Origin: Paraspadella gotoi
Taxonomy: Eukaryota > Animalia > Chaetognatha
NCBI GenBank assembly: GCA_051294375.1
Contig: CM119266.1
Span: 12,948,081 to 13,012,080 of the forward strand
DNA: 64,000 nucleotides
Direction of reading: 5' to 3'
Shown here: piece by piece, positions 38,684 to 51,891 of the stretch
Layout: each line of letters begins with the position of its first letter
Position numbering within the stretch: position 1 is the stretch's first letter
Position numbers and translations under genes: made by a program
Notes under the pieces: generated by a model
The model's database searches: none
What the model was told of the DNA's origin: nothing
What the model saw: the letters and a program-made list of their open reading frames with translations, nothing else

Positions 38684-39456
38684 GAGGAGAGAAAGAGAGA
38701 GATGAGAGAGGAGAGAGAGGAGGAGAGAGAAGAGAGGGAGAGAGGGCAAACGCGACCATCGTGCCGCATATTCCTCATTCCGGTCCCCTACCTCCCTCCG
38801 CGAGTGGGCGTGGCCCTCCTCGCTCCGCCACGCCTCCGCATTTTCCGGCGTGAATTGGTTGACGATGGTGGCGCTGGAGTGGCGCGCCCGAGTGGCGGGG
38901 CCGGCGGAGCACTCGCCGAAAGAGGCTTGGCGCCGCGGCCGCGTGACCGGCGTGCTTTGAGGCCGAAAGGCGGCGCCGGTGGCGGCGATGGGACCGCGTG
39001 CCGAGTGCCAGGCGGAATGCCAGGCGGAAACGCTTCCCTTTTTTCGTCATTGATTTTTTTTTTGCCAAAGGCAAATTAATTTGTTGTTTTTTTTTATGGG
39101 AGGAAATAAAACATTTGAGAGACGAATCAGTTTTATAAACAAACGAACTATAAAAGAGAAAAAAATTGATTTTACGAGATAATTCAAGTCGAGCCAATAT
39201 ATTTGATAAAACTTTCGTAGAACGAGCTCGTTAAAATTATTCTGTCGACAGAAAAAATATAATATTATTAAGTGAATTCTCAAAATCCCAGTCTCCTTCG
39301 CTTAATCCCTTTGGTCGCTCCTCCTTTCCTCTTCTTTAACTCTTATATCTTTCTTTTCTTTCCTCCGTTTTTCAGTTCTTTATCTCTATCGCTTCATCTT
39401 CTCTCAACTTCCACCTCCCATTCTTCCTTTCNNNNNNNNNNNNNNNNNNNNNNNNN

Positions 39457-42400
39457 AAGAGAAGAGAAGTTATTCAGATGCATCTATGTCTAAAGTATAA
39501 GCATAAGTAAACATAAGAAACGATAGGGGGAGTTGCCGGCAGGAGGGGAGAAGAAAGCTGGTCCCTGTGGTCTGTACTGTAATCTCGATATTTCCAAAGA
39601 GATAACTATTTAAAAAACAAAGGACACATATACTGTTACTACTGCTTGTCTCTACTCCTCTGCTCTCCTACATTGTATTATACTTCTCTCTCTCTAAGGA
39701 GATAAAATTTCTACGAAAAACCGGCAAACCTCGTACTATTTCTTAAAGAAAAAGAAAATAAAAACCGTTAAATACTTCCTGCAAATAAATCATCGAGGTT
39801 AGTTAAAATTGGGTGAGGAACAGTTATTAAATTCTCTTCTTCTCTATCTCAACAACTACCTCCTGCCAGTTTTTAAATTATCTTTTTATAACAAACCAAA
39901 TTTCCCTCTCCTTATTTTATATGTCTTCTCTTCTCTCTTTTCTGCCTTTATTTTATGTGCTTTCCCTCTCACTCTCATAGATAAAACGTTAATACCCACC
40001 AAAAACGAACTTTTTCTCTTAAAAAGATATGAACTTAAAAAAAAACAGGAAAACGATTTTTTCCAAATGTAAAAAGAATAAAACTTAAAAAAAAAGGCAA
40101 ACGTTTTTTTCCAATGTAATAGTAAAAACACCGATAAACGATTTTTTAAATAAATAATAAAAAAGCGTTTATCTACAGACGCAGACACGATAAAAAGAGA
40201 TAAAAATGTTCTAAAAATCACCGGTAAAACGATATTTTAAAGAAAAAAGAGAATAATAAACGTAAAAATACTTCTGCATAACAATCATCGAGGTGTTAAA
40301 ATTGGGTGAGGACAGTTTATTAAAATTTTTTTCAAAAACAAAACAAAATTTCCTTCTTATCTTTTATTTCTCCTCTCTCTCCTTTCTTCTTTAATTTTTA
40401 ATGAGCTTTCTCTCACTCTCAATAGATAAAAACGTTAAAATAACAGAAAACGACGACTTTTATCTGGTAAAAATATATGAAAACTTAAAAATAACAGAAA
40501 CAATTTTTTCCAATGTAATAAGAAATTAAAACTTAAAAAAAAAAAAACGCAAACGTTTTTTCCAATGTATAAGAGTTAAAACACGCGAAACGATTTTTCT
40601 TATAAGTAAAAGTAAAAAAACGTTAAATACACCGGCGACGATATTTCCAAAGAGATAACTACTTAAAAACAAAGAAAAACGCTTTTTCCAATGTAAAAGA
40701 GAATAAAAAATTTCTAAAAAACCGGAAAACGATATTTAAAGAAAGAATAAAAACGTTACAAATACTTCTGCAATCACATCATCGAGGTTGTAAAATTGGG
40801 TGAGGACAGTTATTAAATATCTTTTTATAAAAACAAAAAATTTTATCTTTCCTTCACCTCTCTTTTTATTTTTATGTCTCTTCTTCTCCTCTTTTCTCTT
40901 AATTTTTATGTAGCTTATCTCACAATCTCAAATAGATAAAAACGTTAATAACACCAAGAAACGACTTTTTTTCTGTAAAAAGAATATGAAAACTTTAAAA
41001 AAAACAGAGACGAATTTTTTCCAATGTAAGAAATAAAAACTTAAGAAAAAACGGCAAACGTTTTTTTTCAACAATGTAAAAATAGTTAAAAAACAACCGA
41101 TAACGACTTTCTAAAGTAAAAGTTATAACGTTTAATACCATACCTGCAGACGATATTCCAAAGAATAGACAACTTAACAACAAAGAAAAACGCTTTTTCC
41201 AATGTAAATAGACAGATATGAATAATATTCTAAACGCAGACATGTTAACGAACATCCCGGAAAACGGATATTTTCAAAGAAAAACAGAAAATAAAAACGT
41301 TAAATACTTCTGCAAATAACATCATGAGGTTGTTAAAATTGGTGAGGAACAGTATTAAATATCTGTTTTATCAAGAACAAACAAATTTCCTCTCGCTTTT
41401 ATTTTATTTCTCTTCTCTTCTCTCTTTCTTCTTTAATTTTTGTAGCTTATATCTCTCACTCTCATAGATAAAACGTTAATAACCAGAAAACAGACTTCTT
41501 TCCTCTGTAAAAGATATGAAAACTTTAAAATAACAGAAAAGATTTTTTCGCAATGTAAAAAGGAAATAAAAACTAAAAAAAAACGGCAACGTTTTTTTCC
41601 AATGTAGAAAGAGTTAAAAAATCAACCGATAAACGGACTTTTCTAAAAGTCAAAAGTAATAAAACAGTTAAATACACCGGCAGACGAATTTTCCCAAAGA
41701 GATAACCAACTTTAAGAATAACGCAAAAAAAAACGCTTTTTTTCCAATGTAAATTAAGCAGAGTAAAAATTTCTAAACCCGGAAAACGATATTTTCAAGA
41801 AAAAGATAAAAACGTTAAATAACTTTCTGGCAAATAACATCATCGAGTTGTTTAAAATTGGGTGAGCTGAGAGTTATTCTATCTTTTATCAAACACAAAA
41901 AAATTTCTCCTCTTTTACTTTTTATAGGTTCTTCTCTCTCGTCTTCTTTAAATTTTATGTAGCTTTCCTTCATTCTCAATAGATAAAACCGTTAAATACA
42001 CCAGATAAGACTTTTTCTCTGTAAATATATGAAAACTTTAAAAATAACAAGAAAACAATTTTTTCTAATGTAAAAAGAAAATAAAAACTTTAAAAAAAAC
42101 GGCAAACGTTTTTCGCAATGTAAATAGAGTTACACCGATAAACGACTTTTTATCTAAAGTAAACAGTAATAAATACGTAAAATACACGGCAGACGATATT
42201 TCCAAAGAGATAAACAATTTAAAAAACAAAAAAAACGGCTTTTTTTCCAATGTCAAAGAGATTAAATTTCTAAAACACCGGAAAAACGATATATTTCAAG
42301 AAAAAAGAATAAAAACGTTAATTTTCTGCAATAACATCATCGGGGTTGTTAAAATTAGTTTGAGGACAGTCTATTAAATATCTTTTTTAATCAAAACAAA

Positions 42401-45400
42401 AAAATTCCTCCTTTATTTTTAGGTCTCTTCTCTCATCACTTTTCTTCTTTAATTTTATGTAAGCTTTTCTCATTCACTCTCAATAGATAAGACACGTTAA
42501 ATACACCAGAAAACGACTTTTTCTCTGTAAAATATATGAACTTTAAACAATAACGAACAACAATTTTTTCGGCATGTAAAAAGAAATAAACTTTAAAAAA
42601 AAACGGCAAACGTTTTTTCCAATGTACAAAAGAGTTAATAAACACCGATAATACGACACTTTTCGAAGTAAAAGTAATAAAACGTTAAAATACAAACCGG
42701 CATGACGCGATATTCCAAAGAGATAACAACTTTAAAAACAAAAAAAACGCTTTTTTCAATGTTTAAAAGAGATAAAAAATTTCTAAAACCCGGAACATAT
42801 TTTTAAAGAAAAAAGAAATAAATAACGTTAAATACTTCTGCAAATAACCATCATGCGAGGTTGTTTAAAATTTGGTGTGGACATTATTAAATATCTTTTT
42901 ATCAAAAACAATTCCTCTCTTTTATTTTTATGTCTCCTTCTCTTCTCTTTTCTTTAATTCTTATATAGCTCTCACTCTCTCTCAATAGATAAACGTTAAA
43001 ATACACCGAGAAAACGAACTTTTTCTCTGTAAAAGATATGAAAACTTTAAAATTAACAGAAATACGATTTTTTCGCAATGTAAAGAAATAAAAACTTAAA
43101 ACACAAAAACGGCAAAACGTTTTTTTCCAATGTAAAGAAGAGTTTACAAAACACCGATAAACGACTTTTTTCTAAAGTAGAACAGTAATAAAACGTTAAA
43201 TACAAATGATCCGGCAAGAACGGATATTTCCCAAAGAGATAACAACTTTAAAACAAAAAAAACGCTTTTTTCCAATGTAAAAAAGAAATAAAAATTCCTA
43301 AACAACGGAACGATATTTTCCAAAGAAAAAAAGAAAAAAAACGTTAAATTTACTTTGCCAAATAACATCATCGAGTTGTTAAATGTGGGTGAGGATAGTT
43401 ATTAAATATCGTTTTTTAATACGTTTTATCAAAACAAACAATTTCCTCCCTTTTATTTCATGTCTCCTTATCTCTCTCTCTTTCTCTTTAATTTTTATGT
43501 AGCTTCTCTCACTCTCATTAGATAAAAACGTTAAAATCACCAGAAAACGACTTTTTTCCTCTGTAGAAGATATGAAATTTTAAAAATAACAGAAAAACGA
43601 TTTTTCCAATGTAAAAAGAAATAAAAACTTAAAAAAAAGGCAAACTTTTTTCCAACTGTAAAGAGTTAAAAAGATCACCGATAAACGACTTTTCTAAAGT
43701 AACAATAGCTGATAAAAAACGTTAAATACATAACCGGCAGACGATATTTATCCAAGAGAATAACAAACTTTAAAAAAAAAAAACGCTTTTTCAATGTAAA
43801 AAGGATAAAAAATTTCTAAAACACCGAAAACGATATTTTCAAAGCAAAAAAGAAATAAAAACGTTAAATACTTCTGCAATAACATCATCGATCTCTGAGT
43901 TGTTAAAAAAATTGGGTGAGACAGTTTATTAACATCTTTTATCAACATAAAAAATTTCTATCTTTTTTCTCTTCTATATGTCTCCTCTTCCTTCTCTCTC
44001 TCTCCTCTTAATTTTATGCTATGCTCTTTCTCTTCTTCTACTCAACTCAGTAATACCGTGTAGATTCTATCACAGATAGCGTAACTTTTCTACTTGCTGA
44101 GTGCAGTTGATAGTGTAAAATAATATATTCAGCAGATGAACCTAACTGTTTCCTGCTAAGAGTAGTCAAGAAGAGAATAGAACGTTTTCATAAAGGAATA
44201 ATCGCGCACACTTGTTGTTCTTCCAATTGGTGAGAGGGAACGACGTTAGAAGGAGAAACTCTGCGAGATGATGCGGAGTGTTGCTAGATAGTGAGTAAGT
44301 GGAATATAAGAGTGTTGTGAATCGATGGCATGAGGGGGACTGGAATGATGTATGCCAGGAGATAAGGATGGAAATCTGTTAGATAATATAGCATAAGAAA
44401 AACGGACTTTCGTTTCTGCTCCAATCAGTAATAATATGAGAGAGATGAGAGAACTGGAAAATGTATATATAAAACCTACCGAGAAGACAAATGGCGTATA
44501 TTTTTTATTACGCAATCAAAGGAAGAATCCAGACGATTTTATAATATGTTCATGTCAGGCACAGAAGTATAGTATCGTATCGGTATGGTTTTAATAAATT
44601 GGTGGTGTGACATAAGTTTATTTATTTATATAAATATCATTTATTTATCAAAACAATATTATATCATATATATATTATTTATTACCAGTCTATGTTTATA
44701 GGTAGTTATGTCGCTGCTTAGTCTCTTTTCTCTTTTTTTTTCTAACAGTATTGATATTATTGGATGATTTCGTTTCGATAATCATTTTAGAAAATATCAG
44801 TTAGCCTTTTCTCGTCTGATAGCTAGTTGAGCCGTTCTTTTTTACTAAGTTAATTGTGTATTAAAGCCAGGGGGTGTAAAATTAGCACGCCTAGACAGAT
44901 AAAATATCGGGGATTATTCTTTCGAATAGTGAGATAATAGTATATTGATAATAGTAACAATATAAGAGAACACAAGACAGTTAAGCATGGTTTTTTCTAC
45001 ATGTTCACATAAGAGTTAAGAGACAGAGCGACTTGATTATAGATAACGACTTCATATAGTCGAAAAGTATAAAACTTTTAATACTATTCGGAATGGCATG
45101 AAAATTAATGTTGGTATACGTCAGAGAACAAACATACTTTAATAGCACGAAAAAATAACAACGGCTTTTACCCAAATGTAATTCACGATATGAACAGACA
45201 CACGATCACTTCTATAAGAAGGCCGCCGAGAGTAATAACGATATTAAAGAATAAAAGAGATAAAACGGTCTGAGTTCTTACATGAAATAACATCATCGAG
45301 GTTGTTAAGTAAATTAGCAGAGATGTAAGATACATGTTATTAATTAGTACTCTACTTTTATATATCATTTTTATATATCAACAGAACGAAGATTATCTCT

Positions 45401-47094
45401 ACGCTATTTAGTATGTCAATAGTGTATCCAAACTTACAGTGCATGCTCTATTATCTCGTTTATAGATGTTATCATGGTATAGTCATCTGTTCATCAATAC
45501 CATAGGATTACAATCTAACACAAACGGGTATTAAAGTACATGTAAGATATACGACACTTGTACTGTACTGATATAATATATATGGAAAGAAAACGGTAGT
45601 TTGATATTCAAGGAGGAAAACAGTTTGTCATTCACTCCATAGAAGAATAAAACTTAATCAAAACAGACAGGAGGCTGGACGTTGTGTTTGCCATAGTAAA
45701 AGTAGAGAGGGTCATTTATAATATAAGAGCGCACTAGTTCCCACACCCACCGATTTCTAAAGTAAAAACGGATAAAAACGGTTAATACCACGGCTATGAT
45801 TCAATTAATTTCCAAAATAAGAGAGACCTGTATTATAGAGCCAGAAAGTGGTGTATTTGTCAGAATGCCAGATAAAGCACTAATAGAATTGTGAAACAAG
45901 TCCGGACCTACTAGTATCTTGATCAGATTACAGCAGGAATATAAACGTGTCAATATCTCAGTTCTCTTGCTCAGACATACTGGAGGAAGTGTTAAGAAGT
46001 AGTGCGGTAGTAGGAGCTGTATATAAGAGTAATATGTTATGACTAGAGAGATTCTACCTTCTGTTATTATGTATGTGTTCACTTTCTCGGATGAATTACG
46101 TATCCGATTTGTATCGTCTTTATGTCTATGGTAGCGTTTCTGTCCACTATCATAGAATGATAGAAACAACGATTATAATAGTCGAGCATCAGAAATCTTT
46201 CTCATGGGTAAAATTAGTTGTATTATGTCCACAGAAGAAGGATAACACGAGAATGTTGTTCTGTAGCTGGTGAGAAGCACAGGTAAAAACTTTGTAGGAG
46301 AGAAAAGAGAGGCACGATCTTCAGGTATTTATGGATATTAATGTAAGAGATAGTTTCACAGCCGATAAGGCAGCGGATACGAGTTTTCTAGTAAAAAGTG
46401 TCACCGTTAAATCACGTTAAAAGAGCGGTGGTAGGTAATAGATCTACAGAGGAATTTATGCATGAGAGATACAGAATGACCGTGTCGCCTAGGTGGAGAG
46501 AGGGGTCAGGAGCTGTGAGGGGAGTGGCAGTTCACGCATTCTTCGGAGAGCGATTGAAATAAAGTTTTAGATTTATTATGTATATGAAGATAGAAGATAG
46601 AAAGTTGTGGAGTTAGTAGAGTATGTATGTAGGAAGACCGAGAGTATAGAGTATGATGTATGGGCACAGAGGATTGCCGTCGAGACTTGAGTAGGTTATT
46701 TATTACTTGTCTCTATCAGTCTATATGGTGGTTATTCTTTCTCTGGATTGATTTGTAAGATTTGATATTTTTCTTGATTCACACGGAAGTCGTTGCAGTG
46801 AATCTGTGGAAAGAAGTGAGAATCGTCGAAGACGGCTAAGGGGGGAAGAAGAGGGGGGAAGTGGAATGGGAGGGGGAAAGGAGAGGGAAAGTGGAATGGT
46901 AGGGGGAAAGGAAGAGGGGGAAGTGGAAGGGGAAGGGGAAAGGAAGAGGGGAAGTGGACAGGGGAGAGGGAAAGGAAGAGGGGGAAGTGGAGGAGATGGG
47001 GAAAGGAAGAGGGGAAGTAGAAAGGGAAGGGAAGGAAAGGGGAAGTGGGAAGGAGGAGTGGGGAAAGGAAGTGGGGTAAAGTGGAAAGGGAGGG
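39457..47094. repeat. copy B of apparently exact 7638 bp duplication (includes second copy of the ~500 bp satellite, ~39590-44050)
   Basis: Offset 14308 from copy A; identity stops at ggaggg|accgtc. Confidence 0.97.
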
Positions 47095-47215
47095 ACCGTC
47101 CCTGAACTTACTCTTAAACCTTAATAAGACGCCCTTTTCCCTCTTTCCGCTTTTCTCGCCCAACCACTTCCGGATTCTCTCTGGCAAAACTTTCATTATA
47201 TCACTATTATCACTC

Positions 47216-47303
47216 ATCACAACGCTGCCTCATCGATCTTTAATTCATCCAATCACAACTCTGCCTCATCAATCTTCAATTTCACGCATCACGACTCCTC
47301 TTA
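47216..47303. repeat. 36 bp tandem repeat x2.4
   Basis: atcacaacgctgcctcatcgatc / atcacaactctgcctcatcaatc / atcacgactcctc. Confidence 0.75.
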
Positions 47304-47747
47304 ATGTGGCGTTGGGCGGAGCTTTTACCGCGAATCAGTCGGAACTTCCATCAGTTTTATCGTCGCATCCACTTTCGCTCTTCGTCAATAATAAAACGGG
47401 GGGGGGGAACTGGAAGACTTTCTTAAAAGCCTCTTTACTACTAACCATCCATATTCGGATCTATTTATAATGCATGATTTCACCTGAAATTCAACTTCCG
47501 TTTACATTCTTAATTCATCTTTAATTACATTTACCTGTGTTAGATTTGATTTTTGTCGTATGTCTCTATCTATAAGCTCCTATTGATCATCATCGATACT
47601 AAATACCTCTTTATATAAAAGTGACAAAATTATTGTTTTACAATATTTTTAACGACAATTTTTTAAACTGTCCCCTTGGACGGCGTAAATCGTGAAATAT
47701 TGTTGTATTTCTCTATTTATTTTTGTTTCTACGTATACCACATAATT

Positions 47748-48341
47748 TCACCATTCCAGAGGTTCAAAGCACGACGCAGATGAAGCAACAGTCATTGAGC
47801 CTAAATGGACAACAAACAATCCTTCCAAGTTCCAATCACCGTTAGCTGCTTCCCCCCCCTCAATACATAAGAGCCCAACAGCATCAACGAGGAAAGTNNN
47901 NNNNNNNNNNNNNNNNNNNNNNNNNNNNNNNNNNNNNNNNNNNNNNNNNNNNNNNNNNNNNNNNNNNNNNNNNNNNNNNNNNNNNNNNNNNNNNNNNNNN
48001 NNNNNNNNNNNNNNNNNNNNNNNNNNNNNNNNNNNNNNNNNNNNNNNNNNNNNNNNNNNNNNNNNNNNNNNNNNNNNNNNAAAAACTCACCTCCTCTGCT
48101 TATAATTCGTCCTCGGAGGAAAAAAGCCAGTTCTCCAGTTCTCCAGTTCTCCACCCAATTATCTGAACGAATCCTTTAGCAACCATCCATCCATCCATCC
48201 ATCCATCCATCCTCCACCATCCACAACCCTATCCACCCCACGGCCCCGCAACCCCGGCCCTCTCAGCCAGCGAATCCTCTGACCCTTCCGATCTCACGGA
48301 TCGAGTTTCATCCTTGGAATATTGACTTTCACGCTCCAGTG
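47748..48341 (-). CDS. candidate exons of an unidentified gene (47748-47897 and 48091-48341)
   Basis: Strong donor GAG|GTGAGT at 48090; open stretches TFLVDAVGLLCIEGG... and LERESQYSKDETRS...; frames could not be joined. Confidence 0.3.
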
Positions 48342-48682
48342 NNNNNNNNNNATTAACGGTCGGTGTTTATTTTATCGGACGATATTCGTTTATTGTGTGT
48401 TTAGGAGGACCGTCAACAAAAATGTTTAAACAATTTTACATCATAAACTTGCATGGCATTCTTATTCAAATATGATATCTCACCGTTTAGTTCTGTTTCT
48501 CGAATACTGGGCTTATTTGTTCAGTGAATATTTTAACTTAAAACTTCTCTCTGTTAAAATATTCATCACGTTTGTCATAAATTCTCGGTTCGTAAATCTG
48601 AAACTAAAGAAAAACTCAGAATCGGAAATCAAAAATCCGATTCGATATGGGAAATCAAAAATCAGAATCGGTAAAACGAAAC

Positions 48683-48928
48683 CTCTTGGACCGTGAGTGA
48701 ATATCTGAGTTTATTGGCGAAAGAATCGAGATTCTTTTGGGTCGATGCGGACCAGAAACTCGAGATATCGGTTCGGTAAAAACAGAAGGAGCCGGCGCTT
48801 TCAAAGGAAACCACTTTTAAACAATTTGTCTTTAGAAATTCGTTTGGTAAAAAACTATTGGCCGCCAAATGAAGGGCTCGCCTTCTTTGAATATCTTTCT
48901 TAAAGACTGAGCCACTTGGGCCAAGAAA
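48683..48928 (-). CDS. 246 nt phase 0-0 internal exon, unidentified protein
   Basis: tttttaacag|TTT...GAG|gtttcg; 82 open codons FLGPSGSVFKKDIQRRRALHLAANSFLPNEFLKTNCLKVVSFESAGSFCFYRTDISSFWSASTQKNLDSFANKLRYSLTVQE. Confidence 0.65.
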
Positions 48929-49168
48929 CTGTTAAAAATAAAAAAAAGAANNNNNNNNNNNNNNNNNNNNNNNNNNNNNNNNNNNNNNNNNNNNNNNNNN
49001 NNNNNNNNNNNNNNNNNNNNNNNNNNNNNNNNNNNNNNNNNNNNNNNNNNNNNNNNNNNNNNNNNNNNNNNNNNNNNNNNNNNNNNNNNNNNNNNNNNNN
49101 NNNNNNNNNNNNNNNNNNNNNNNNNNNNNNNNNNNNNNNNNNNNNNNNNNNNNNNNNNNNNNNNNNNN

Positions 49169-49289
49169 TTTTTGTTTTGGCAAGCGAAAGGCAGCATCAA
49201 TGATCGGCTAGATCGGATTTTTCTCTGTTTATTTACTGATTTCATCGCTGATTTCGTTTCTTTCAAAAACAACGCATTCCTTTTTTCAA
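49169..49289 (-). CDS. exon of probably the same unidentified gene, runs into a gap
   Basis: ttcttctcttttcag| then EKRNALFLKETKSAMKSVNKQRKIRSSRSLMLPFACQNK. Confidence 0.5.
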
Positions 49290-49475
49290 CTGAAAAGAGA
49301 AGAAAAATCATTCAGAGGCTCAATGACGCGGGAAATTTAATTTCATCGGCGCGATTCGTTTGCAATTCGCCCTACGGCCTACGTGGACTGGACACTGGAC
49401 AGGGAACGGCTCTCTTTTCCCAAAGCGCTCCATTTCTGTTCCTTCATCCTTTAATTTAATATTAACTCAGATATT

Positions 49476-49680
49476 TAACCTTAATTCATTTTAAAACTTT
49501 TAACCCAATCGATAATCCTTAACCCTAATGCTTAACTCCAACCTAATCCCTAACATTCACCCTAAACCCTAATATCTAATCCTAAACATTAATCCCTTAC
49601 CCTATTGCTTAACCCTAATCATTAGCTAATCCTTAACCTAATCTTTAATCTAAGCCTAACCTATAAAATAATCCTAAAAA
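49476..49680. repeat. degenerate telomere-like (CCTAA/CCCTAA)n interstitial tract
   Basis: Many taaccctaa / aatccctaa / aacctaa units. Confidence 0.7.
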
Positions 49681-49892
49681 CTCACTAAATTTTGAATTCA
49701 AGATGAAATGCGTAGCTTTTCGAAAATAAGTACTGGCGAACAAAGAACAGTCGATCAAAATTATGCTGCCACACGTTGCAGTGAGTCTCCACCGAGCCCG
49801 GTCACCTCTCCTGTCGCCTTCATTAATATCAACGACGCTTTCCTTTTATTCGTGGCGCCCAACTCTCTCTGTCCTTGTCTTTGTGTCTGTGT

Positions 49893-50016
<124 letters not shown>

Positions 50017-50209
50017 GACTCTCCTTCCATTGTTCCACTCTCCCGCTCTTCAACTCATTTTCCTTTTTCCTTCCTCTTTATTTCCTCCTTCGCGCGAATT
50101 CATTGTCCGTTTGTCGCTTTGCCGCATTTTCTCCTTTTTTTATCTTTCTCTTCTCACCTTTGCTTCGGTTTTCAATTCATTGCGAATCTCACTCAGTTCC
50201 TCCTTCATT

Positions 50210-50470
50210 AACACTTGTCCCAAATAAGTCCCTTTTTGGTCGGTCGGTCTGTCTGTCCGATGGTCTATTTTACTTATGTTAAAAATGTTGATAACTCTGG
50301 TAATACTTCATCAATTTAGTTCATATTTGGTACGAAAGTACCCTAAGACCTTTAACTTATTTTGAAAGTCAGGCGATCACATGACCCAAAATTTAATGCG
50401 GCTTAAATTTGGTAGCTCTTCTGTTATTTTTATTCACACTTTTAATCTCGGCAATACCTTTTGTTTTTTG
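50210..50470 (+). mobile_element. possible DINE-1/HINE-like non-autonomous rolling-circle element remnant
   Basis: (GTCY)n-like ggtcggtcggtctgtctgtccg followed by ataactc...caattt...atttggtac and a T-rich end, an arrangement I associate with arthropod HINEs. Confidence 0.35.
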
Positions 50471-51343
50471 TTTTTTTAAATGTGTCGAAGTCTAAGTAGT
50501 AGTCACGTGTTGACCGCGGTTCAATAGATTGGATTTCCCGTTATTGTTTTCTCCCTTTCCCCAGTCCCTCCTCTCCGGATGAGATTTTTATTTTTCAAAT
50601 TTCCCTTCCCCTCTCCCTTCGTCTTCATTATTCCCCCCCCCCTCTCATTTTCCATTTCTTTTTCAATGACGAACCATTCTCGCCTTTATTTTCCCTTACC
50701 CTATTTTTCTCGCGATTTCCGTTCATTTTTTCTATTTTTTTTCCTTCTCTTTCTGTCCATCCCGATTTTCCTTTTCAACTTTCTCCCTCCTTTCTTTTTC
50801 CTTTCTTCCTTTTTTCTCCTTTCTTTTTTTTTTGTCATTTCGGAGTTTTCCAGGAAGTGAAGGACGGGAGACAGAAGCAATATTGGATGAAGGATGGAGG
50901 TGAAGTAGGGAGGTAAGTCGAGGAGGTAAGTCGAGGGGGATGGAGGAAAAGGTAGGGACGTTGAAACTTTTAAAACTATTTCACAAAGAATTTATTAAAT
51001 AAAATACAAATATGAATACATAAAACAGCTCCGTAACAAAAGAACTTAAAAGAAATATAAAAAAGCCACCTAAAAAGAGAAGAGGGCGTCAACAGCAGGC
51101 GGCAACAAAATTATTTTCCGGGCGCCAGACCGAGAAAAAAGCTAAACAAATAAATGAAAAAGCGAAAAAAAAACCCAAAAAAACAAAAGCCCCCTCAAAA
51201 AAGTGTAGAAACAAAAAAAGAAGGCGCAAAATTGGTTTCGGACCCAATTTCATCAGACAAATCCGGAAAGACGTAAAAATTCCGGCTCAAGTAAACAGAT
51301 TTTTTTTCTTTCAGAAAATAGGAGGGTGGGTTCTATTCTGAGA

Positions 51344-51347
<4 letters not shown>

Positions 51348-51420
<73 letters not shown>
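51348..51420. repeat. (GA)n microsatellite
   Basis: Perfect run. Confidence 0.95.
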
Positions 51421-51424
<4 letters not shown>

Positions 51425-51544
51425 TGGCGCTAAAATCGCTCGCCTTCGTTTACGTCATTTGCGTCAATGAACGCGATTTGCGTCATGGTCGCCACCTTTC
51501 GCGTCTCTGGTTTCTTTTATTCGCCTTGGTGCGGCGCTGCGGCT

Positions 51545-51603
51545 ATGGAAGCAGCTGCTTCTGCTGCTACCTCCGCTGCCGTGGCTAATTCGGTTTTGTC
51601 GAG
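51545..51603 (+). CDS. candidate first coding exon MEAAASAATSAAVANSVLS(R)
   Basis: gctATGG start context; Ala-rich N-terminus; donor AG|GTCAGT; TTACGTCA and two TTGCGTCA bZIP-type sites just upstream (51449-51486). Confidence 0.4.
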
Positions 51604-51847
51604 GTCAGTGTTTTCTTTCGGACATCGACTTGGAAATTCCCCGCGGCTTTCTTTCCTTCTTTCCGTCATTTGCTGGGCATCTTACGATTGTTTCTCTCGG
51701 ACCAATGAAGTCGTAAAGTATATTAGCGCCGGAGAAGCGTGAGTTCGTGATAATTGCAACGTCCAATCAGCTAATCTTTACATCTTTAATAAAAACATTC
51801 TTTCCTAAGATGAAAAAAAACCGAGAAAATAATAAATATCCAAGTCG

Positions 51848-51891
51848 TGACTCAATGACGTCCCTATCCAGCGCCAGCGTTGCTAGGCAAC
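51848..51891. promoter_or_regulatory. AP-1 + CRE-like + RFX X-box cluster
   Basis: TGACTCA 51848, TGACGTC 51856, palindromic GTTGCTAGGCAAC 51879-51891. Confidence 0.5.

Larger units (their letters stand above)
32787..39431. repeat. 3.2 kb-arm inverted duplication (arms 32787-~36010 and ~36240-39431)
   Basis: gaaaggaagaatgggaggtgg at 32787 is the reverse complement of the sequence ending at 39431. ORFs 35225..35542(-) and 36702..37019(+) translate identically. Confidence 0.95.
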
